Below the pieces are notes generated by a model. That model was not told the origin of the DNA and made no database searches. It was given only the letters and a program-made list of their open reading frames with translations. Source: an uncultured Hyphomicrobiales bacterium (GTDB lineage Bacteria; Bacteroidota; Ignavibacteria; Kapaibacteriales; UBA2268). Taken from it: 64,000 nucleotides of DNA. Of this stretch, positions 1-10,664 are shown in pieces. The position numbers were made by a program, and so were the translations under genes. The number at the start of each line of letters is the position of its first letter. The stretch's first letter is position 1. Location of the stretch: NCBI GenBank assembly GCA_964472015.1, contig CAYYIP010000007.1, positions 7,219 through 71,218 on the forward strand, given 5' to 3'.

Positions 1-1
1 A

Positions 2-1165
2 AACTCCATTGTTCAAGGTTTACAGACAAGTTTACTTTGGGGTCCAATGCTCAACAAATACAATATCAAAATTCACTTTGCACATCGTACTTTTAAATGG
101 AGTAACGAAGCTCGGGGAAATGCAGCAGTTTATTGTGTGATAGTTGGCTTTGCCAACTACGATACTAATAACAAAAGCATTTTTGAATATGAAGACATTA
201 AAGGAGAAGCACACGAAATACAGGTAAAGAACATAAATCCTTACTTAGTTGATGCTAAAGACATTTTAGTAGAAAGAAGACAGAAAGCAATTTCAAAGGT
301 ACCTGAAATGTATTTTGGTAATATGCCAGCCGATGGTGGCGAATTACTATTTACAACTGAAGAAAAAAATGAATTTGTAGCAAAAGAACCAAATGCAGAA
401 AAGTTTATTAAAAAGTTTATTGGTGCTGATGATTTTATAAATAATAAGGAACGATGGTGTTTGTGGTTACAAGACATAAATCCAACAGAATTAAAATCTC
501 TAAAATTAGTTTTAGATAGAGTTCAAAAAGTTAAAGCGATTCGTGAAAAATCTTCTAGACCACATCTTGCACAAATACCACATTTATTTGCTCAAATTAC
601 ACAACCCAAAGATGTTGATTACATTTTGATTCCAAGAGTATCATCTGAAAACAGAAAATATATACCAATGGGTCTTTTTGATAAAAACTCGATTGTAAGT
701 GATACTTGTATGTTTATTCCCAACGGAAATAAATATCATTTTGGCGTTCTTATGTCGGCAATGCATATGGCTTGGGTAAAGTACACTTGTGGAAGACTTA
801 AAAGTGATTATCGATATTCAAAAGATATAGTTTACAATAATTATCCTTGGCCTGATAATCCAACCGAAAAGCAAATAATTGCAATTGAAACAGCAGCCCA
901 AAAGGTTTTAGATGTTCGCTTGCAATTTCCAAACAGTAGCCTTGCTGATCTTTACGATCCTTTGACAATGCCATCTGAATTGGTAAAAGCACACAACGAA
1001 CTCGACAAAGCTGTTGATTTGGCTTATAGACCACAAGCATTTACAAGTGAAGCTAATAGAATGGAATTTTTATTTGGGCTTTACGAAAAATATACAGCGA
1101 ATTTATTTATAAAAGTAAAGCCGAAAAAGATAAAAAAACTGAACACTAAAAACAAAGAAAATTAG
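2..1165 (+). CDS. C-terminal part (5'-partial, runs off the window start) of an MmeI-family type IIL/IIG restriction-modification enzyme or DNA methyltransferase, covering the target-recognition and C-terminal domains
   Basis: The frame is open from base 2 with no upstream stop. The translation (..GNMPADGGELLFTTEEK.., ERWCLWLQDINPTELKSL, VLDRVQKVKAIREKSSRPH) matches my memory of the MmeI TRD and C-terminal domain conserved blocks. The N-terminal endonuclease and methyltransferase motifs lie upstream of the window. Confidence 0.55.
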   Translation, partial: NSIVQGLQTSLLWGPMLNKYNIKIHFAHRTFKWSNEARGNAAVYCVIVGFANYDTNNKSIFEYEDIKGEAHEIQVKNINPYLVDAKDILVERRQKAISKVPEMYFGNMPADGGELLFTTEEKNEFVAKEPNAEKFIKKFIGADDFINNKERWCLWLQDINPTELKSLKLVLDRVQKVKAIREKSSRPHLAQIPHLFAQITQPKDVDYILIPRVSSENRKYIPMGLFDKNSIVSDTCMFIPNGNKYHFGVLMSAMHMAWVKYTCGRLKSDYRYSKDIVYNNYPWPDNPTEKQIIAIETAAQKVLDVRLQFPNSSLADLYDPLTMPSELVKAHNELDKAVDLAYRPQAFTSEANRMEFLFGLYEKYTANLFIKVKPKKIKKLNTKNKEN

Positions 1166-1267
1166 GCAGTAACACGCAGTATTGTTAATTGCTGGTGCAG
1201 TAATAATATTGTCTGAACTATAATTTTTTTTGATTTGTGGGATTTATGTGTTTTTGAGATGTTTTTT

Positions 1268-1341
1268 ATTCCCCTTCAAATTGAATGTTGGGGCGTATTG
1301 CTATACGTCCTTATTGTCCTCGACGGGGTAGTTATAAAAAA
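1268..1341. repeat. 74-bp direct repeat, copy A, REP-like; contains the hairpin cgtat-tgct-atacg, extendable to gggcgtat/atacgtcc
   Basis: Identical to 2224-2297 except for one C/T difference (1321 vs 2277). Read directly from the sequence: attccccttcaaattgaatgttggggcgtattgctatacgtccttattgtcct(c/t)gacggggtagttataaaaaa. Confidence 0.9.
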
Positions 1342-1620
1342 TAGTATTATTTTTATTTTAAGATAATACTAATCTTTTTTTTCGTATGTTCTTATTTTGT
1401 TTTGAGATAATGTTTCTATTTTTTCAAAATGATTTCAAAGATTAATTTTTTTTTGTTTATATTTGAAATAACAATTTAACTATAAAATTAAAACTAAATA
1501 CTAAGCACTAAAAACTGCATTTTATCTTGCATTGAAATTTGATAAATGGAGATGCGATGTTTATATTAATAAATTTAATGCTAATTTTATTACCACTTTT
1601 AAAATAATGATACATATATT

Positions 1621-2037
1621 ATGGCAAAAAACAAAAGTATAATGGTTGAAGGCAGGGAAATATCGGTTATTATTGAAAAAGAACAAGAATATATTTCGTT
1701 GACGGATATGCTAAAAGCTAAGGACGGTGATTTTTTTATTTCCGATTGGCTTCGTAATCGAAATACGGTTGAATATCTTGGCATTTGGGAGTCGATTTAT
1801 AACCCAAATTTTAATTATGGCGAATTTGCCATAATTAAAAGTCAAGCAGGTTTGAATAGTTACAAACTTAGCGTAAAAGAATGGGTTGATAAGACTAAGG
1901 CAATAGGACTAAAGGCAGCTGCAGGTAGATATGGTGGGACGTATGGCCACCCCGACATCGCTTTTGAATTTGGAATGTGGATTAGTCCACAATTCAAAAT
2001 TTATCTTGTGAAAGACTTCTACAACTCAACAAAGTAG
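1621..2037 (+). CDS. KilA-N domain protein
   Basis: 138 aa. ISLTDMLKAKDGDFFISDWLRNRNTVEYLGIWESIYNPNF matches the KilA-N (APSES-like) consensus found in phage and Bacteroides KilA-N proteins. G+C is higher than in flanking DNA. Confidence 0.7.
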   Translation: MAKNKSIMVEGREISVIIEKEQEYISLTDMLKAKDGDFFISDWLRNRNTVEYLGIWESIYNPNFNYGEFAIIKSQAGLNSYKLSVKEWVDKTKAIGLKAAAGRYGGTYGHPDIAFEFGMWISPQFKIYLVKDFYNSTK

Positions 2038-2223
2038 CTATTACACAGATGAAATCACTACTTGCAAGTAACACAATGAAAAAATTGAAATAAAAAAACA
2101 ACGAACCGCTAACATATGCTATATGCGATGGCGATTCAGTGGTTAATGAATATTTTAATCTGTTTGATTTTGACTTTACATAAAGTTAATTTCAAACAGT
2201 TTTTGTCTGAGCTGGGATTTAAA

Positions 2224-2297
2224 ATTCCCCTTCAAATTGAATGTTGGGGCGTATTGCTATACGTCCTTATTGTCCTTGACGGGGTAGTTATAAAAAA
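2224..2297. repeat. 74-bp direct repeat, copy B, REP-like
   Basis: Second copy of the 1268-1341 repeat. The two copies bracket the KilA-N gene. Confidence 0.9.
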
Positions 2298-2377
2298 AAA
2301 TTTAACTACTACATTTGGGGCAAATAGTTATTCAAAATGGTATGTTTCAACACATTTTTTTTATGTTTTTCTTTAAT

Positions 2378-3607
2378 TTATTTTATTTTTTCCTCAAAAG
2401 GTAATTCAATAGCAAATGTAGTTCCTTTTTTTAAGTTAGATTCTTTAACATAAATTTTTCCATTATGGTATTCTTCTATAATTCTTTTAACAAGATTTAA
2501 TCCAATTCCCCAACCTCTTTTTTTTGTTGTGAACCCAGGATCAAAAATTTGAAATTTCATTTTTTTCGTCATTCCTTTTCCGGTGTCTTTAACTAGAATT
2601 AATATTTTTTTATTACTAATTTCTTGTGTAGATATTTCTATATTTCCAACTTTTCCTTCCATAGCTTCCGCTGCATTTTTTATTAAGTTTTCAAATACCC
2701 AAGTCATTAACATAGGATTAGCAAATATTTTAGTTCTTCCAGTAAAACTTCTGTTAATTGTAACTTTTTTTGAAATGTGTGGTAAGCGTTTTTCATAATA
2801 ATTAGCAACTTCTTCAATAATATTATCAATATTTATATTCTTTTTATCTGGCTTAGAACCTATTTTAGAAAATCTAATAGCAATAGTATTTAATCTATTT
2901 AAATCGTTTTCAATTTCATTAGTAGTTATATTTATCATTTCTTTATCATCTTTATTATTCCTTAATATTTCTAACCATGCTAGTAAACTTGATAATGGTG
3001 TTCCTAATTGATGCGCTGTTTCTCTTGCCATCCCTATCCATATTTTAGATTGTTCATTATTTCTTATTGAAGCAAGTGCAAAATATCCAAATCCAACAAT
3101 AGTAGATATTAATATTATTGATACAAAAGGAAATAGCTTTAATACTTCTACTAAATTCGAGTGAGAATAATAAAATTTGCTAATAACATTCCCAGAATTA
3201 TCATAAACCAATATAGGTTTATAATTTTTTTCCATTTTTTTTATAAGCTTTAATAAATAAGCACGTTGTTTTTCAATCGTTTTATATTTTTCTACATCAG
3301 TATTAAGAGTATATAAAGAGTAATCTTGTAAAGGTTCACCTTCTAAATCAGTTGTTATTATAGGAAAAACAATTGATGGAGTTATGCTTTCTAAAAAGAA
3401 AAACATATTCTCATAATTACTTGCATTAGGTGATAAATAATATCTATATATTTCAACATATGATTGCATTATAGATTTTTCTCTTTCAATTAACTGCTTT
3501 ATCAATATATTTGAATAAAATATAATTCCTATAAATACACTCGACATTGCAATTAATAGAGTAATTTTTATTGTAAGATTAAATATAGGTGTTGTTCTAA
3601 AAGACAT
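2378..3607 (-). CDS. Sensor histidine kinase with two N-terminal TM segments plus HisKA and HATPase_c domains
   Basis: H-box AHQLGTPLSSLLAWLEIL; N-box NLIKNAAEAM; G-boxes DTGKGM and GFTTK..GWGIGL. Confidence 0.85.
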   Translation of the reverse strand: MSFRTTPIFNLTIKITLLIAMSSVFIGIIFYSNILIKQLIEREKSIMQSYVEIYRYYLSPNASNYENMFFFLESITPSIVFPIITTDLEGEPLQDYSLYTLNTDVEKYKTIEKQRAYLLKLIKKMEKNYKPILVYDNSGNVISKFYYSHSNLVEVLKLFPFVSIILISTIVGFGYFALASIRNNEQSKIWIGMARETAHQLGTPLSSLLAWLEILRNNKDDKEMINITTNEIENDLNRLNTIAIRFSKIGSKPDKKNINIDNIIEEVANYYEKRLPHISKKVTINRSFTGRTKIFANPMLMTWVFENLIKNAAEAMEGKVGNIEISTQEISNKKILILVKDTGKGMTKKMKFQIFDPGFTTKKRGWGIGLNLVKRIIEEYHNGKIYVKESNLKKGTTFAIELPFEEKIK

Positions 3608-3778
3608 AAAAAAATAATAATAATTTATTCAAAAAATATAAGTATATTTAAACATAATAAAAATATTATAAAATTTTAATATTTTAATAATATTATAATA
3701 TAATTATAATTTTAAAAATACTAAATTAAAATATATTTTTATATATTATATTGTATTAATAACTAATTTAGCATAAAA

Positions 3779-6646
3779 ATGTTTTTTCATAAGTTATATA
3801 TTTTTATATTATTATTTATATTTCATTTCTGTTTTTTTTCTCAAAATTTATTTTCAGATGAAGGAAAAGGATGTGAATTTATATTTTCTATTCCACCAGT
3901 ATATGAAGAACAATCAAATGGTAATTTTGTAACAATTTGTGCTATAGCTTTAGAAGATTGTGAAATATCAGTTGAAGTTCAATCTTTATATTTTAATAAA
4001 AAACGAGTAAAGAAAAACGAGACTGTATTTTTTCAAATAGATGCTTCTTTTGGCCAAGTATCTAATTGGACTTCTGAAAGTAAACATAGTGCTCCTTCTA
4101 TTTCGGGTATATATAAAAATAGTGCTATAACAGTAAATTCTAGTAATTATATTTTATGTTATGTATTATGTCAATACTATTGGACTGGAGATGGTTTTGT
4201 AGCTTTCCCAACTTCAGTTCTTGGGAATAAATATATAGTATCTTCTTATTCTGATATGGGCAGTTATTATGGACATTATTATCCATCTGAACTTACAATA
4301 AGCGGAATATTTGATAATACAAATGTAGAATTTATTGTTGGCGGAAACTCAGCAACAAATATTCAATTTCAAGATTCTACTTATTATTTAGGAGATACAA
4401 TTTTAATATCTTTAAATAAAAAAGATGTTTGTTTATTAATGTCAGGTGGAATTTTAAAAGAATATCCTGATTTATCAGGTAGTAGAATTAATTCAAATTA
4501 TCCTATCGCAGTTAATTCAGGTAATGTATGTGCAAATATTCCAGTTAAAAGTCCTAGTTGTGATTATATAGTAACTATGGATTATCCTACATATATGTGG
4601 ACAAATAAATATTTAATACCTCCTATAAGTAGACGTAAATTTAGTCAAATAGTAAGAATATATGCAAAAGAAGATTCTACAATAATATATCATAATTATG
4701 TACCAATAGATACTCTTTTTAATAGTTATGTGCAAAATGAAGGATGGTGTGAAATAAGATTAAATGGAATGAAAGAGCCAAAACCAACTGTAATTTCAAG
4801 TAATAATCCTATTTATGTTATTTTTTATTATCCAAGTTGGACAGAAGATTCTACGATGTTTAGTGATCCTTTTATGATGCCTATTGTTCCTTTAGATATG
4901 TTTAATAAAAATTTAATATTTTCAACTCCTAAAAAGACTACTGTAAGTTCATTTGATTCAAATTTTATAAATATTGTTTATAAGTCAAATAATAGAGATA
5001 CCCTATCATTATCTTATTTTAATTTTCAATATGTTAATGATATGCAAGAATTTGAAGAAATATCTTTGGATGATTTAGAAATAGTTTCAAGTGGTCCTTT
5101 CCCTTTTGAAAATGGTAGTAATGATAGATATTATTATTTATTGATTAAATTACCTAAAATAGGGCAATATTATATATCGTCAAAAAAATTATTTGCCTGT
5201 TATTTATTTGGATGTTCTGATTTTACTTCTTTTGGTTTCCCGACTTATCCTATAGATATTTTTTTTAATGATGAAGATATTGAAGCACCAACTATGTTGG
5301 CAGATATTAATTGTGATGGTTCTGTTTTTAATGGAATTGTGAAAGATTTACCAGAAAAAAAATTAGGACGTTCTAATTTAAATAGTATAGTTTTTATTGA
5401 AGATGAAAGTAATAATGTTGAGTTTTCTTATTCACCTTTTACTCCCGGGATATCCTATGAAACTTATTGGAATTTAAATGTAATAGATATAAAATATGAT
5501 GCAACTGCAACTGTTAAAGTTTCTGATGTTGCAGAGAATGAGGAAACATTTGTTTTTAATTATTATGGATTAAAAGGAATTAACTTATTGCCTGTTAGAG
5601 ATTCTATTTGTTTAGATTATTATGCTACAGATTCTTTAATATTTGATTTGTATAATCCTAAGGATACTTCTTTTAATATAAATATATATCTAAATACTAC
5701 GTCAGAAAACTTAAGAATAAAATCTAAAAGAGATATAGAATTAAAACCCAAATCGTCAGAACGAATTGTTTTTGAAACTAAATTTGTAGATAATCCTGAT
5801 ACTCTTTTTCTTGTTTTAGAAAAATGTGATAACCAAGATACTATATGGTTGCCTATTAAATATAAATTGATACATTATCCAGTAAATGTTATATTAAAAA
5901 CAAATAAGAAAATTTATTCAATTGGCGATACTATTTATTGTAATTTAATTTTAAATACTAATGCTAATAAAGAAGATTTAAGTAAGATTAATTCAATAGA
6001 TGTAGAATTTAATATTTGTAATGTATTTGCTAATATTAATGAAAATAATTTTATATATCTTCCTACAGAAAATTTTACATTAAAAAATGTTATTATAGAA
6101 CGTTCTTCAGAAGAATTAAATACTAAATTAAATTTTACTATTTTTTCGTCTGATGGGATTTTTAAAAATATACAAAATAATAAATCTCTACTTTGTAATA
6201 TAAAATTATTATTAGTCTTACCTAATAATTCTTCTAATTATTATGGTGAATATTTTTCTATAAAGCCTGAGTTTTATTATTTAAATTTAAAGCCGAATAT
6301 TACATCTAATTTTTTCCCTTGTGTAAGTTTTAATTCTTTAAGTCAAGATATAAAAATTGATCCTATATGTGCCGATAATTTAAGATTACTAAATGTAACA
6401 GATCATTTATTTGATGTTAAATATGAAGATAATAATATATTATATTCAATAGGATTAGATGGTTATATAGAAATAAAAATATATAATTCTATTGCTAATA
6501 TTGTATATAATAAAGGTCTAGAATATAAACGAGCTGGCGTTTATAACCTAAATATTAAAGAATTAAATTTAGTAAATGGATTATATTTTTTTGAATTGAA
6601 TATGAATGGAGTTTATAGAAAATTTATAAATTTTATTAAACTATAA
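3779..6646 (+). CDS. Large secreted protein of unknown function with a T9SS C-terminal sorting domain
   Basis: N-terminal signal peptide. The C-terminus (..NGLYFFELNMNGVYRKFINFIKL) has the T9SS CTD pattern. Confidence 0.7.
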   Translation: MFFHKLYIFILLFIFHFCFFSQNLFSDEGKGCEFIFSIPPVYEEQSNGNFVTICAIALEDCEISVEVQSLYFNKKRVKKNETVFFQIDASFGQVSNWTSESKHSAPSISGIYKNSAITVNSSNYILCYVLCQYYWTGDGFVAFPTSVLGNKYIVSSYSDMGSYYGHYYPSELTISGIFDNTNVEFIVGGNSATNIQFQDSTYYLGDTILISLNKKDVCLLMSGGILKEYPDLSGSRINSNYPIAVNSGNVCANIPVKSPSCDYIVTMDYPTYMWTNKYLIPPISRRKFSQIVRIYAKEDSTIIYHNYVPIDTLFNSYVQNEGWCEIRLNGMKEPKPTVISSNNPIYVIFYYPSWTEDSTMFSDPFMMPIVPLDMFNKNLIFSTPKKTTVSSFDSNFINIVYKSNNRDTLSLSYFNFQYVNDMQEFEEISLDDLEIVSSGPFPFENGSNDRYYYLLIKLPKIGQYYISSKKLFACYLFGCSDFTSFGFPTYPIDIFFNDEDIEAPTMLADINCDGSVFNGIVKDLPEKKLGRSNLNSIVFIEDESNNVEFSYSPFTPGISYETYWNLNVIDIKYDATATVKVSDVAENEETFVFNYYGLKGINLLPVRDSICLDYYATDSLIFDLYNPKDTSFNINIYLNTTSENLRIKSKRDIELKPKSSERIVFETKFVDNPDTLFLVLEKCDNQDTIWLPIKYKLIHYPVNVILKTNKKIYSIGDTIYCNLILNTNANKEDLSKINSIDVEFNICNVFANINENNFIYLPTENFTLKNVIIERSSEELNTKLNFTIFSSDGIFKNIQNNKSLLCNIKLLLVLPNNSSNYYGEYFSIKPEFYYLNLKPNITSNFFPCVSFNSLSQDIKIDPICADNLRLLNVTDHLFDVKYEDNNILYSIGLDGYIEIKIYNSIANIVYNKGLEYKRAGVYNLNIKELNLVNGLYFFELNMNGVYRKFINFIKL

Positions 6647-6739
6647 TAATCTTTTTGTATAATATTTTTTGCTAAAAATTTTTAATTTATAGGATAATTA
6701 GTTATATTTAAATCTTATTAATTATGATGTATAATTAAA

Positions 6740-7981
6740 ATGTTTAAAATATTTATTATAGAAAAGACTTGTTTTTTATTAAAGAATATATTGATTCCTT
6801 TTTTTATAATAATTTTTTTATATTTTCAGTTATTTTTTCAATTATATTGTCAAACAAAGAATGTTGTAGATCCGTCTTTAACATTAGAACCAAATAATTT
6901 TGTTATAAAAATTGAAGTTGAGACGAGTTTAATTGCTAAATTTCCTTTTGTTAATGCGATATTTTTTGAAAGAAATAGCAGTAAGTTGCCTAATTATTTG
7001 TTATTAGAAACATTAACTAAAGATGAATATTTTAATAAAAACATTATAGATAAGAATAAATATATATTTTCTTATATAAAAAATATTTTAATTGATAATC
7101 CTAATACAGAAATTGTATTGGAAGGATCAAGTTCAGGGGAAAATATAGAAGAAAATGCAGAAAACTTACCTTATTTAAGGGCTAAAACGGTAAAAGATGC
7201 AATTGTTAAATTAGGGATAGATAGTAGTAAAGTAAGTATAAGAGAAAATAATGCTAAAAAAATATATTCAAATAATAATTATATAGAAGGTCAAGAAGAA
7301 AATCAAAGAGTTAATATTTATTTTAATAATATAAAGGTTGTCTCAAATTATATTCGTACAATAGATTTTGCTAAATTATTTTGTGAAAAAGAATATAAAG
7401 TAAGAATATTAAATACAAATAGAGAAGGTGTTTTATATTCGTGGTTAGCTGATAGTTCAATAATTGTTCAACCTAATATAGAATTTAAGACATATAAATT
7501 TTATATAAATGCTATTTTGGATAATTCTAAGTTTATTAATGGAGTTTTAGATAGTGTTTTAATTGATGAAACAATTTTGAGTTTAGGAAGTAATGATATA
7601 AGTTTTGTAGATACTATAAATTTAAAGAATGTAAAACAAAAAGTAATCAAAACAAATTATAATAATTTTAAACAAATAATTTTATTTGATTATAATTGTT
7701 ATAAATTATCTGAAAAAGCAAAAATGGATATATATCAATTATTGGATGAAATCCCTGCTAATTGTAGATTAAAAATATATGGAACGACTGATAATATTGG
7801 TAGTAAACAATATAATAAGTTATTAGCATTAAATCGTGCAAAAGAGATTAGAAATTATATAAATAGTTTAAAAAATGATTTAGTTATTGAGGTAGGTATA
7901 AATGATAATGATAAATTTCCAAATTCAACCCAATATGGTCGTTTTTTGAATAGAAATGCAATTATAAATATTGTTTTATAA
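6740..7981 (+). CDS. OmpA-family protein with two OmpA_C-like domains
   Basis: Motif YGTTDNIGSKQYNKLLALNRAKEIRNYI fits the TDxxGxxxYNxxLSxxRA peptidoglycan-binding signature. A degenerate copy lies upstream (LEGSSSGEN..LPYLRAKTVKDAI). N-terminal hydrophobic segment. Confidence 0.6.
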   Translation: MFKIFIIEKTCFLLKNILIPFFIIIFLYFQLFFQLYCQTKNVVDPSLTLEPNNFVIKIEVETSLIAKFPFVNAIFFERNSSKLPNYLLLETLTKDEYFNKNIIDKNKYIFSYIKNILIDNPNTEIVLEGSSSGENIEENAENLPYLRAKTVKDAIVKLGIDSSKVSIRENNAKKIYSNNNYIEGQEENQRVNIYFNNIKVVSNYIRTIDFAKLFCEKEYKVRILNTNREGVLYSWLADSSIIVQPNIEFKTYKFYINAILDNSKFINGVLDSVLIDETILSLGSNDISFVDTINLKNVKQKVIKTNYNNFKQIILFDYNCYKLSEKAKMDIYQLLDEIPANCRLKIYGTTDNIGSKQYNKLLALNRAKEIRNYINSLKNDLVIEVGINDNDKFPNSTQYGRFLNRNAIINIVL

Positions 7982-8069
7982 TTTTTTTATTTATGAATTA
8001 TAATATTAAAAATATAAATATACAAAATAGTAAAAATAAAAATCTAAATTTAATAAAAGAGGTAAAATT

Positions 8070-9881
8070 ATGAAATTTTACAAATTAATAGCATTAATTA
8101 TTTGTTTTATAATATTATCAAGTAATATATCTGCTCAAGTTTATGAAGTTGAGCCTAATGTTGCTAATTGTGAATGTGGTTCTTTAACTATGACTGAAAA
8201 ACAAAAAATTATTAATTTTATTAATAAGATAAGAAAGCATCATAAACTTGGTGAAATTGTTTGGTCAAATAAGCATGATAAACGTGTTCAAAGTGCTGCA
8301 TTAAGTATGTTAGCAACAGGTATTATCTCTCATAGTCCAGTTTCTGGGAAATGCTCGAGTGCAGATTCTGATTCAGGACGTGCAAGTTCAAATTTATCTA
8401 TTAAGTCGTCTACTGTTAATGATGGTTTTGGTTCAATAGAACACATTATTGGTTGGTTAAAAGACAATCATAGTCAAACGCAGCCTCATTCGGTTGGTCA
8501 TAGACGATTAATTATTAATCCATTTTTATCAGCTACTTGTTTAGGTAAAGCTGAAGGCACACATCCTACTAATACTGGTTGGTATTTAGGAACAGCTGCT
8601 TTATGGGGTATAAATACTGATGTAATGGCGCCGTCTACTTGTGCAAATGATTTTGTTGCCTATCCTTATGAAAATTATCCTATTGATTGGGTAGATAAAA
8701 CATTCTATTTAAGTTTCTCACCATTAGCAGATCCATCTTGGTGGTGGGGTGGTAAGAACAAAGTTGCTTTTGATAATGCAGTTATTACTATGACTACTGA
8801 AAGTGGGCAAGCAGTCCAAGTATCAGATAAAGCATATGATTATGATGCATGGGGATGTTTTATAAATAATTTATCGTGGAAAGTAGTGGGTGGTCTAAAA
8901 GATGAAGTTAAGTATTTTGTTAAAATTAGTAATGTTATAGTAAATGGTTCTACACGTGAATATTCATATTGGTTTAAACTTACTAATCAAGATGACGATC
9001 CTGTAGCTGTAGCACCAGAGCTTATTTTGCCTGTGAATGGTGAACAAAATATTGATTTAACTAATCCTGTTTGTTTTAGATGGAAACGGGGACAAAATCT
9101 TACTAAGTATGAATTACAATTATCATATAGTAAAGATTTCACTTATATTTTTGATAATTTTGAGACTTCAGATACAAATATGTATGTTTCAACATTAGTT
9201 AGTGGACAACAATTCTATTGGCGAGTAGCAGGATTTCCTAGTGGTAGTGATACTCCACTGTATTCTAGTGTATGGAGTTTTACAACAAAAGCAGAAGTAA
9301 TAGATCCGCCTTTAATTTTAAATCCAAAAAATAATGCTGTAAATGTTTATCAACGAGAAGTATATAGGTGGACTAATATTAATTCTGCGATTCATTATAG
9401 GATTCAAATTTCTGAAAATGAAACAAATAAAATTGTTGTTGATGAAAGTGAAATTGTTGATACAACTTATTATTTAACAGCAGAACAAGCACTAGAAAAA
9501 AATACATCTTATAGTTGTCGTGTGAGTGCTAATTTATCTAATGGTACTGCAACTGCTTGGTCAGATATTGTGAAATTTACAACAGGAGATAATTATACAT
9601 CTATAAATGAACCGGAACAGCTTGTTTCTTCTATTATTTATCCAAATCCAACAAGAATGTCTTTTGCTGTATCAATGACTTTGGAATCTCCTGCAAATAA
9701 TTTGACTATTAGTATTACAGATGTTAACGGTAGGATTATCAAGAAAGAAAATTATGGTTATGTTACTGCTGGTAATCTAACTTATTATTTTAATACTGGT
9801 AAATTAAGTAATGGTATTTATAATATTATTTTAACTATTGATGGTAAATCAAAAGTTGAAAAATTAGTTATTTATAATTAA
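8070..9881 (+). CDS. Secreted CAP/SCP-like domain protein with Ig/FN3-like repeats and a T9SS C-terminal sorting domain
   Basis: Signal peptide; block GHRRLIINPFLSATCLG; C-terminus IYPNPTRMSFAVSM..LSNGIYNIILTIDGKSKVEKLVIYN (Por_Secre_tail). Confidence 0.65.
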   Translation: MKFYKLIALIICFIILSSNISAQVYEVEPNVANCECGSLTMTEKQKIINFINKIRKHHKLGEIVWSNKHDKRVQSAALSMLATGIISHSPVSGKCSSADSDSGRASSNLSIKSSTVNDGFGSIEHIIGWLKDNHSQTQPHSVGHRRLIINPFLSATCLGKAEGTHPTNTGWYLGTAALWGINTDVMAPSTCANDFVAYPYENYPIDWVDKTFYLSFSPLADPSWWWGGKNKVAFDNAVITMTTESGQAVQVSDKAYDYDAWGCFINNLSWKVVGGLKDEVKYFVKISNVIVNGSTREYSYWFKLTNQDDDPVAVAPELILPVNGEQNIDLTNPVCFRWKRGQNLTKYELQLSYSKDFTYIFDNFETSDTNMYVSTLVSGQQFYWRVAGFPSGSDTPLYSSVWSFTTKAEVIDPPLILNPKNNAVNVYQREVYRWTNINSAIHYRIQISENETNKIVVDESEIVDTTYYLTAEQALEKNTSYSCRVSANLSNGTATAWSDIVKFTTGDNYTSINEPEQLVSSIIYPNPTRMSFAVSMTLESPANNLTISITDVNGRIIKKENYGYVTAGNLTYYFNTGKLSNGIYNIILTIDGKSKVEKLVIYN

Positions 9882-9965
9882 TAAATTTTTATTTACTAGT
9901 TTTATTTAATATAAAAAGTAGAGGTATAGGAATTTTCTTATATCTCTATTTTATTTATTTTAATT

Positions 9966-10574
9966 TTGACGATGAATATTAATAATTTTGATTTATTAGT
10001 ACTTGGATTAGGAAATCCTGAAAGTAAATATTTAAATACGAGACATAATATAGGATGGAATTGTGTTATAAATTTAATAAAAAAATATGCTAAAGAAATT
10101 TACATAATAAAGAATATTGCAAAATATGCAACATTTAAAATAAAGAATAAAAGAATTCTTGCAGCAGTTCCTTTAACTTATATGAATTTAAGTGGAATAG
10201 CAGCAAAAAAATTATGTAGTAAATTTCAAATATCTTATGATAAGTTATTAGTTATTGTTGATGAATATAATTTCCCCGTTGGAAAAATTCATATAAAACA
10301 AGGTGGAAATTCAGGTGGTCATAATGGAATTGCTTCTATAATAGAAGAAATAGAAACAAATGAATTTTATAAATTAAGATGTGGAATAGGTCATAATTTT
10401 TCTTCGGGAGAATTAATAGATTATGTATTATCTGATTTTAATAAAGACGAAGAAAAAGAAGTTGATTTTATGATTGAAAAAGTTATAAAAGCAATAGAGT
10501 ATTTTGTTATGTTTGAAAGCGGGCGTGCTATGTCTGAGATTAATTCAGGGAATTTATTTATGCCTCAATTATAA
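9966..10574 (+). CDS. pth: Peptidyl-tRNA hydrolase
   Basis: LLVLGLGNPESKYLNTRHNIGW and LSDFNKDE blocks; about 200 aa. Confidence 0.85.
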   Translation: MTMNINNFDLLVLGLGNPESKYLNTRHNIGWNCVINLIKKYAKEIYIIKNIAKYATFKIKNKRILAAVPLTYMNLSGIAAKKLCSKFQISYDKLLVIVDEYNFPVGKIHIKQGGNSGGHNGIASIIEEIETNEFYKLRCGIGHNFSSGELIDYVLSDFNKDEEKEVDFMIEKVIKAIEYFVMFESGRAMSEINSGNLFMPQL

Positions 10575-10664
10575 TATAATAATTTAAAATAATTTTGTTT
10601 TTTTATAAAAAATTATTATTTTTGTATTCGTTATTTTAGTAATAAATGGAATTAAAGAGAAAAA

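Noticed and set aside
2116-2376. ORF 2116..2376 (+), 86 aa
   Set aside because: It runs through the second copy of the 74-bp direct repeat (translated ..FKIPLQIECWGVLLYVLIVLDGVVIKKN..) and has no homology features. It is most likely non-coding.
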